A stretch of 31,076 nucleotides of DNA from a virus. Lineage: Duplodnaviria > Caudoviricetes. A program made the position numbers and the translations under genes. Location: positions 1 through 31,076 of the IMG/VR virus record IMGVR_UViG_3300037518_000590, one strand, 5' to 3'. Below are positions 24,751 to 31,076 of the stretch, in pieces. Numbering within the stretch: the stretch's first letter is position 1; the number at the start of each line of letters is the position of its first letter. The notes below the pieces were generated by a model. That model worked only from the letters and a program-made list of their open reading frames with translations. It made no database searches and was not told the origin of the DNA.

Positions 24751-25178
24751 GCGTACTCAACCCCGGGGAGCCGCCAGGCACCGGCAAGGCGGCGGGTCCA
24801 CGGCTCACCCCACGACTGTTCGATCACCCGCGCGGGCTTTACCAACTGATACGCATGGATCAGCGTCGGGCCGGTCAGTAGTCCGATATGGCTCGGGCGA
24901 CCGCGGCGGTACCGGATTGCAACCACGGTGCCGGGTGCCGGGTCCGACCGTTCGCACCAGTGCTCGAGGTGCTCAAGCAGCGCATCATTGACCGCCGTGC
25001 GTCCGTAGTTTCGCGGGGTCCGGTAGCCTTCCGGCAGGCCGACGGTTTCGGCGAGCGCGCACTCGATCAGCCCAACGCAATCGACCCCGAGTCGCGAGCG
25101 GCCCTGGTGGTGCCAGGGCACGTCCAGCCAGCCGCGGGCGGCGACGATGAGCTCGGCGGCCGTGGTCATCAGTCCCAC
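24747..25178 (-). CDS. NlpC/P60 tail-associated peptidase
   Basis: ARGWLDVPWHHQGR...GVDCVGL...HIGL...IHA. Confidence 0.9.
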   Translation of the reverse strand: MGLMTTAAELIVAARGWLDVPWHHQGRSRLGVDCVGLIECALAETVGLPEGYRTPRNYGRTAVNDALLEHLEHWCERSDPAPGTVVAIRYRRGRPSHIGLLTGPTLIHAYQLVKPARVIEQSWGEPWTRRLAGAWRLPGVEYA

Positions 25179-26161
25179 CCGAGGTCATCGAAGAGATCCT
25201 CAAGGTTCTGATCGAGCGTGGCCTGGGTGAGCCTGGCGGAATACGCAGTGTCAACGCCGCTGTTGGTACCCGACATCAGCCGATCGCGACCGACGGCGAA
25301 GATGCCGACCCCGCGGAAATTAATGAAGTTCTCATGCACCAGCTTGCAGGTGATGGGCAGCAGGTCGCAGCCGGGGTCGACGGTTACGGTGTCTCCGATC
25401 TCGACGTCGGCCGGCGCTTCGTCCTGCAGCGTCACCTCGAGCGACTGCGGATCGCCGTCGAGCGTGGGCTCACTGTGCAGGCGGATCGAGCGGAAGAATC
25501 CTGCGTTGTCGCCGGCCGTCCAGCGCAGGATTCCGCCGAGGTAGTACGAGGCGATCACCGGCGCGGGGCCAGCGTCGAGATCGACGGTGAAGGTCTTGCG
25601 GTTTGCCACCGCAGACACCGTGCCGGTGCGGCGCTTCGCGAGCACGTCGAACTGACAGCGCTCATCGCCGAAGCGCTTCACGTCACACCGCTCCGAGGCG
25701 GTTCGGACGATCTGCTGCGACAAGGCCTGGGCAGCGCTTCTGACCTCCGTCCGGTACCAGCCGTGGGAGTCGCGGCGAAACTCGCCAAGCGTGCCTGCGA
25801 CCAGCGCCTTCTGGCCCGCGCCGGGTTCGCGCCAGTCGACCAGGAGAAGCGTTGCCTGCGCCTGATCGTAGAGCCCGGCCTCGAGATCCTCCACCGTGAA
25901 GTTCGGCACGACGGCAAAGAAGGCGCCATCCACTTCGAGGTTCTGAACCGCGCCCGACGCATCGTTGACCACATCGGACGAGGTGATGCCCATGTGCGAT
26001 CGATAGAGCCCGGCGTATTCGCCGGCCGGGATCTCAATGTCCCGATCGTGAGCGGTGCCAAGAATCGATTCACCGTTCGACTTCGTGATCCGCCAACACA
26101 CGGTGAGTGTCAGCTGACGTGCGGCAAGTCGCGCCGCGAACGCCGACGTCAGGTCGAGCAT
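25169..26161 (-). CDS. DUF2163/BR0599 baseplate hub protein
   Basis: CWRI...G.T.HDRD...DLEAGLYD.A...C...FGD.RC...PGCD....C.....N..NFRG. Confidence 0.9.
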   Translation of the reverse strand: MLDLTSAFAARLAARQLTLTVCWRITKSNGESILGTAHDRDIEIPAGEYAGLYRSHMGITSSDVVNDASGAVQNLEVDGAFFAVVPNFTVEDLEAGLYDQAQATLLLVDWREPGAGQKALVAGTLGEFRRDSHGWYRTEVRSAAQALSQQIVRTASERCDVKRFGDERCQFDVLAKRRTGTVSAVANRKTFTVDLDAGPAPVIASYYLGGILRWTAGDNAGFFRSIRLHSEPTLDGDPQSLEVTLQDEAPADVEIGDTVTVDPGCDLLPITCKLVHENFINFRGVGIFAVGRDRLMSGTNSGVDTAYSARLTQATLDQNLEDLFDDLGWD

Positions 26162-26788
26162 CTACTCGCGCACTTCGCGGACGGTGAAAGCCGTCGCCTG
26201 GATTCGCACGCTCGAGATCTCGATCGGCAGCTCCGACGAGAAGCGCGCGTACACATGAAACTCGCCGCCCCAGAAGGTTGGCGTGCCGCCGAAGGCGGAT
26301 TCCGGCACGAGCTCGCCGGTCGCCTCGTCAATCGTCCAGGTGTCAGGGTCCTGGGCGACACCGACCTCGTTAGCGATCAGGACGGTGCTGCCGAGCGGGC
26401 GATGGATCGTCCGGCGGTGGGTCAGCGTGCCGAAGCTGTAGTCCTTGACCAGCTGGTAGCTGCCGTCGCTCCCGGCCTCGATCGGCTGGTCCAGCGCCGT
26501 GATGTCGTTGCCCAGATCGGCCGAGCGGTAATCCGCATAGTCGATAAAGCGGAACCGGCCCCAGGTGCCGCCGACGGCAAGCCAGAAGGCCAGGATCTGC
26601 TCGATGTCGGCCTCCAGGCGTTCGCCAATCGGCACCGACGAGAACTGCCTGAGTGCCTGATCCCACAGCCTGACCGAACGCTCATAGCCGCTCTCGGTGA
26701 TGATGTGGCGGGCCAGGATGACGGGCTCGACCGTAAATCCGAAGGCGGGACAGGTGGGGAATACGGGCAGCGGGTCGGCGGTGATCAT
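26162..26788 (-). CDS. DUF2460 distal tail protein
   Basis: SGYE.R...W...FRF.D..DY...YQLVK.Y...R.I..P...GGEF....RF. Confidence 0.88.
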   Translation of the reverse strand: MITADPLPVFPTCPAFGFTVEPVILARHIITESGYERSVRLWDQALRQFSSVPIGERLEADIEQILAFWLAVGGTWGRFRFIDYADYRSADLGNDITALDQPIEAGSDGSYQLVKDYSFGTLTHRRTIHRPLGSTVLIANEVGVAQDPDTWTIDEATGELVPESAFGGTPTFWGGEFHVYARFSSELPIEISSVRIQATAFTVREVRE

Positions 26789-28977
26789 CCGTTTCGCCTC
26801 GCCGCGCGCACCAGGCCCCGTTCGACCTGATATCCGATCTGCGCTTGCGTCGCGCGGGAGACGCTGCCCTGCGGCGCCTGGATCGAGAAGTTGATGACCG
26901 TCGCCGCGCCCATTTTGGACAGCGGCACGACGGCGCCCGAGCTGCCCGGCACGAAGTACTCAGGCTCGTTCTCGTTGACGCGGTATAGCCGGCCGGCAGT
27001 GACCGGCCCGCCCGTTGCCCGGCCGCCGCCGAAGATACTGCCGATGAACTTCGCGAACCCGCCGGCGTCATCGCCCGTTCCGATATCGCCGAAGATCTTC
27101 TCGGTGAGGCGAGCGGCCGCGGCCTGCGCAGCCATCTTGAGCAGCATGTCCCTGAACGCGTCGAACATCCCGTCGAGGCCGTCTTCGAACTGACTGAACA
27201 GCGTATCCGCGAAGATGTCCTGGGTGTTGCGCATCAGCTGATCGCGGACGGTGTCGAACTGCTCACTCACCTCGGCCAGTCCGTCCTGCGCCTGGACGAC
27301 CGCGCGCAGATAGGTCTCATACGAGATCGCGCCGGCATTGAGCAGGTCGTTCAGTTCCGCGTAGGTGTCGCGCAGCCGCTCGGCCGGCGTGATGACCGAT
27401 TCGGTAATCTCCCGACCCCGGTCCATGACCGATTGCAGCTCGCGATTCGCGTCGATCGTCGCGGCCAGCGTCTCGAGCTCAGCCTGCTGGGTCTCCGTGA
27501 GACCGGCCAGGCCGCCGCTCGCAATCTCGTAGCGGATTTTCTCGAGCTCGGTCAGCTCACCCGTCATCTCGATCTGACGCTCATAGGCGGTGACCTGGCT
27601 GTCGAAGGCCTGGGCCAGCTTCGTCGCTTCCGCCTCGAGTGCGCGCATCGCCTCAGCCGATTCGGTCAGGCCGTCGAGTTGTGCGGCCAAAGCGAGGATC
27701 TGGTCCTGCTCGGCGGCCGTCAGACCCTCAAGGGAGCCGCTCGCGATCTGATACGCCAGCCGCGCCGCCTGGCCGGTCTCCTCGAACAGCGCAATCTGCT
27801 GCTGCAGCTGCTCCTGGAGCTTCACGAACTGCTCGGACGGTGGCGTGACGATCGGTGTGCGATCGTCGGACTGGCCAGCAGGGCGTAGTGGTTGCGCCCC
27901 GCCAACGCCGACACCGCGTGCCTTTTCTTGCAGGAAGATCAGCCTATCGAGTTCGGTCTGCGCGCGCTCCAAGTCCTCGACCAGACCGGGCGGCCAGAAG
28001 CTCTGATCCGCGCCGCCCATGTTCTGGCGAATCGCCTCAAAGCCTTCGAGTTCTCTGCGGGCTCGTTTGATCTCCCGCTCGAACTCGACCGGCTCAATTT
28101 CCAGAAAGGCCGCGCTCAGCCCGATGACGGCCGCTGTCGCCGCGCTGAATCCACGAATCAGCGCCGACGTCAGTTCGCCTGCCGCCGCGATGGTTCCGGG
28201 ATCCTGCAGCAGATCGGCCAAGTCCTGCAGCGCGCTCTTCGCATCGTTCATTCCGCCGGGCGCCTCGAGCAGATCGCCGAAGGCGTTCCTGACCTGGGTC
28301 AGCGCGCCGCCGAAGGTGTCGGCCGCGGCCCTGGCGGAGCCGCCGAACTGGGTCTCGAGCTCGGCGAGAATCACTCGCTGGGCCCCGGCGATGTCACCGG
28401 TCTTGGTCAGACTCCGGACCAGGTCGGCCTGCTGTTCCGAAAGCTGCACGCCGGCCTCGCGCAGCGCCGAGACACCGAGGATCGGATCGTTCAGCGCCTT
28501 GCCCACCTGCAGCGCCGACTCCTGCAGATTCTTGCCCAGCGCAACCGACATGTTCAGGATCGCCTCGGTCGCGTCGACGAACTCGTCGCCGCGAACCTGC
28601 GTGAAGGTCAGCAGCACGCTCTGCATCGCGGCGATCGCCTCGTCACCGAAGGTCGAGACGCGCTGAAAATCCTGCGCCAGCCCGAGCAGCTCGTCGGCCG
28701 TGAAGCCTGCCACCTGGCCGGTGGACTTGACCCGCGCTTCCAGTTGCCGATAGACGTTCTCGGCTTCGATGGTAGACTGGATGATGTTCCGGAAGATCGC
28801 GGCGCCGCCGATCACCGCGAACGCACTCAACACGGTGCGCTTCAGTTTCTGCATGCTCCGGTCGATCCGGCGCGAGCGGTCGGATGCCGCTCGAGCGGCA
28901 CGGTCCATCCCCTTCTCGAAACCGCCGACGCGAGCAATGAGATCGAGCGTCAGACTACCGAGAGAACGGGATGCCAT
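26785..28977 (-). CDS. Tail tape measure protein
   Basis: SLGSLTLDL N-terminus; QVGKALNDP..G.SAL; C-terminal GGRATGGPV...Y.VNE..PE; 730 aa, helical. Confidence 0.93.
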   Translation of the reverse strand: MASRSLGSLTLDLIARVGGFEKGMDRAARAASDRSRRIDRSMQKLKRTVLSAFAVIGGAAIFRNIIQSTIEAENVYRQLEARVKSTGQVAGFTADELLGLAQDFQRVSTFGDEAIAAMQSVLLTFTQVRGDEFVDATEAILNMSVALGKNLQESALQVGKALNDPILGVSALREAGVQLSEQQADLVRSLTKTGDIAGAQRVILAELETQFGGSARAAADTFGGALTQVRNAFGDLLEAPGGMNDAKSALQDLADLLQDPGTIAAAGELTSALIRGFSAATAAVIGLSAAFLEIEPVEFEREIKRARRELEGFEAIRQNMGGADQSFWPPGLVEDLERAQTELDRLIFLQEKARGVGVGGAQPLRPAGQSDDRTPIVTPPSEQFVKLQEQLQQQIALFEETGQAARLAYQIASGSLEGLTAAEQDQILALAAQLDGLTESAEAMRALEAEATKLAQAFDSQVTAYERQIEMTGELTELEKIRYEIASGGLAGLTETQQAELETLAATIDANRELQSVMDRGREITESVITPAERLRDTYAELNDLLNAGAISYETYLRAVVQAQDGLAEVSEQFDTVRDQLMRNTQDIFADTLFSQFEDGLDGMFDAFRDMLLKMAAQAAAARLTEKIFGDIGTGDDAGGFAKFIGSIFGGGRATGGPVTAGRLYRVNENEPEYFVPGSSGAVVPLSKMGAATVINFSIQAPQGSVSRATQAQIGYQVERGLVRAARRNG

Positions 28978-28979
28978 GG

Positions 28980-29285
28980 TCAGTCCTTGCTCACTTTGGC
29001 AGTCTTGAGAATGTTCATGAAGTCCTCAATGGTCGCCTCATGCTCCGGCTCTTTCGGCCACGGCATCAGCGATCGCTTGTCGCCTTTGACAAACGGTGAA
29101 ACGGCCCGTGAGATCGCCGCGTCGAGTCGCAGCAGCGGGTTCAACGGGCCGACGATCTTCTGGTACGCAATCCAGCTGCCTAGCTCCTCAACGCTCATCC
29201 GGGCACGGAGCTCAGAGACGGTCATGCCGCCGAGGGCGAGCGCGAGGTCATGCAGCAGGCGGTCGGTCGGCGTCAGGCTTTTGGG
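28980..29285 (-). CDS. Tail assembly chaperone, -1 frameshift extension (gpT-like)
   Basis: LALALGGMTVSELRARMS..E...W..Y....GPLNP..R.D; entered through the slippery heptamer. Confidence 0.75.
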   Translation of the reverse strand, partial: PKSLTPTDRLLHDLALALGGMTVSELRARMSVEELGSWIAYQKIVGPLNPLLRLDAAISRAVSPFVKGDKRSLMPWPKEPEHEATIEDFMNILKTAKVSKD

Positions 29286-29614
29286 TCGGGAATCCTCTTG
29301 TTGACTTCGCCGATCGCGTCCATCATCGCGCGTCCCAGTTCCGGGTGAAGCTTGTAGGCATCCTCGAACGGGATTGACTCCTCGCCCTTCGCGCCGAGCG
29401 TCACACACTCTGAAATCAGGTGAGCCATCCGACTCCGCTTCTTGCCGGCCTCTTCGCGCAGAAAAACCCGTTCGTGCTCGCCGATGGATAGCTTCTTAAC
29501 GAAAACCACCGCCTCGTACGGGCCCTCCCCGTCGATCGAAAACGTGATCTCACGCTCGACCAGTCGGTCGTCGACAAAGCCGCCGACGGCGCGGAATTCA
29601 TCCAGAGACCTCAC
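29273..29614 (-). CDS. Tail assembly chaperone (gpG-like)
   Basis: Between the tail tube and tape measure genes; ends GAC CCA AAA GCC TGA. Confidence 0.8.
   Translation of the reverse strand: MRSLDEFRAVGGFVDDRLVEREITFSIDGEGPYEAVVFVKKLSIGEHERVFLREEAGKKRSRMAHLISECVTLGAKGEESIPFEDAYKLHPELGRAMMDAIGEVNKRIPDPKA
29279..29285 (-). other. Programmed -1 frameshift site C CCA AAA
   Basis: In-phase X XXY YYZ heptamer; the -1 frame continues SLTPTDRLLHDLALALGG. Confidence 0.8.
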
Positions 29615-30090
29615 GTGGCGGTCTTCGGCACGAGCAGCGGCTCACCCGAAACCTGGATACCAATGTTCGACTGAACCGACTCGTTCTGGGCGAAGCTGAA
29701 GGGGAAGGAGTTCATGAAACCCTCGAAGGTGATCCAGCTGCGACTGTCGTCCAGCACGAAGTCGCCTTCCCCCGCGCTATCCAGCGCAACCGTCGGATCG
29801 ACGCCGGTGTTGTCGGAAAACCCGACCGCCCAACGCAGCTGGGTGCCGGCCACCTTGAGCTGGTGCAGCCGGATGTGGCTGGCGTCGCCCGGGTTCGTGT
29901 AGATCCCAAAGTTCGCCGTGCCGGGCGTGCCGAGGCCTGCCTCGTAGCGCCGGACGAGATCCTGCAGGCAGGTGACCTCGTTCTGTTCGATCTGGACGTC
30001 AATGCCGTCGATCGAGGTGATGCACCCGATGACGAGTAGCGAGTCGTCTGCCGGGTCGATGGTATAGAGCTCAGTGCCCTGGGCTTTCAT
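29611..30090 (-). CDS. Major tail tube protein
   Basis: KAQGTELY.IDP...EVTCL...GLGTPG...WAVGFSD...FPFSFAQN..V...IQVSG. Confidence 0.88.
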   Translation of the reverse strand: MKAQGTELYTIDPADDSLLVIGCITSIDGIDVQIEQNEVTCLQDLVRRYEAGLGTPGTANFGIYTNPGDASHIRLHQLKVAGTQLRWAVGFSDNTGVDPTVALDSAGEGDFVLDDSRSWITFEGFMNSFPFSFAQNESVQSNIGIQVSGEPLLVPKTAT

Positions 30091-30103
30091 GTCGATCTCC
30101 TCT

Positions 30104-30472
30104 TCAGGATCGTGGTGTCAGAAACTCGGTGGTGAACGAGTAGCGATAGAGCTTCGTCTCCGGCTCCCGGAATTCACCGTTCCAGGAGACGACATAGGCG
30201 ACCGGTTCCACCGCGTTACGAATGGCCTCGGCCGCGGCCCGTGCGGTGGCCGCATCGTCTGCATAGACATCAACCTGCACGCCCCAGCGATCGTCGTCGG
30301 GCGTGTCGGCGAGCTTGTTCTCCGGGGATCCGTAGACCGTCTGCCAGACGGCGTACGGACGCTCCACGCCCTGCGGCGCCTCGCCGAAAAGAAAGAAGCG
30401 CACAGGCGCGCTGCCGAGCAGCGCGGTGACCGCGGGCGCCGCCGACGCGATGGCGAACACCGGCGCATTCAC
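30104..30472 (-). CDS. DUF3168-like tail terminator
   Basis: FGEAPQGV.RPYAVWQ...G.PEN.L...PD.D...QVDVYA. Confidence 0.85.
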   Translation of the reverse strand: MNAPVFAIASAAPAVTALLGSAPVRFFLFGEAPQGVERPYAVWQTVYGSPENKLADTPDDDRWGVQVDVYADDAATARAAAEAIRNAVEPVAYVVSWNGEFREPETKLYRYSFTTEFLTPRS

Positions 30473-30984
30473 AATTCGGTTGCCACCAGCTTGTCGATCT
30501 GGCGCTCGAGTTCATTCGCCACGGCCGCGGTCGCGGCGACCTGGTTGTTCTCAAGCGCCGGCAGCAGGAACGGCTGGGCGCGCGTTCGCGAGGTGCCAAG
30601 CTCGACGAAGCGCCAGTACCAGGTGTCGCCACCCGGGTTCGATTTGTCACCCAGCGTGGCGTAGCTCTGCCCGACCCGGCCCTTGCGGACGTTCTCTTTC
30701 GTGTTGCCGTACTGCCGGGCGCCGCCCTTCACGCCAACCCGAATCGCAATCCCGCCGTTCTTCCGCCCAAGCCGGGCCGACGACTGCGACGAGATGTTGC
30801 GCGCGATGTTCTCCGCCGTCTGCGGGTTGTCGATCCGCTTCGCGTTTTGACGCGCCGCCTTTGCGACAAGGTTGGCGCCCTTGCGCACAGCCGCGCTCAA
30901 CCCCTTCTTCTGCAGCTTGTCCGGAAACTGCCGCAGGCGTCTCAACGCCTGCTCAAGACCCTGTAGCTCGAACTCGTTCGCCAT
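30469..30984 (-). CDS. HK97 gp10 family tail-completion protein
   Basis: YWRFVELGTS...AQPFL.PAL. Confidence 0.9.
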   Translation of the reverse strand: MANEFELQGLEQALRRLRQFPDKLQKKGLSAAVRKGANLVAKAARQNAKRIDNPQTAENIARNISSQSSARLGRKNGGIAIRVGVKGGARQYGNTKENVRKGRVGQSYATLGDKSNPGGDTWYWRFVELGTSRTRAQPFLLPALENNQVAATAAVANELERQIDKLVATEL

Positions 30985-31076
30985 CGATCCTAAGCTCCTC
31001 TTCGAGCGTCGAGAACGGGAACCGCGTCAGCGCCGATCCCGGCGTGCAGTTGACGATCGGCGCGCCCTTCCAGCCG
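30953..31076 (-). CDS. Partial CDS (C-terminus only)
   Basis: ...GAPIVNCTPGSALTRFPFSTLEEEL...; continues beyond the window. Confidence 0.55.
   Translation of the reverse strand, partial: GWKGAPIVNCTPGSALTRFPFSTLEEELRIDGERVRATGS

Noticed and set aside
20164-29304. Long + strand ORFs (20164-21063, 21943-23430, 25334-26830, 27892-29304)
   Set aside because: Antisense shadows of well-supported tail genes, as expected in high-GC DNA.

Overview
GC-rich temperate siphovirus genome segment, probably from a gammaproteobacterial host (inference). It appears to be in the excised/attP configuration, because a tRNA-Arg(CCT) 3'-half core at 12143-12195 has phage genes on both sides. Left to right: a GGC-NN pentamer array (1-117, cut by the window edge) directly downstream of a solitary Cas7/RAMP-like gene (123-938); minus-strand accessory and replication genes; a cro/cI switch with operators; and a plus-strand early operon with a multi-target diversity-generating retroelement (DGR). 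The DGR has four DUF1566/Lcl-type genes sharing a 108-bp variable repeat, and its avd-TR-RT core is collapsed into an Avd::RT-tail fusion. Then come xis, int, attP, ParB, a truncated J-domain gene and an outer-membrane beta-barrel moron, followed by a minus-strand lysis and GTA-like tail module. The top candidates are the Cas7-like gene plus pentamer array (a putative RNA-guided system with a gapped code) and the DGR acting on non-structural proteins. All product calls come from motif recognition by eye; no searches were run.
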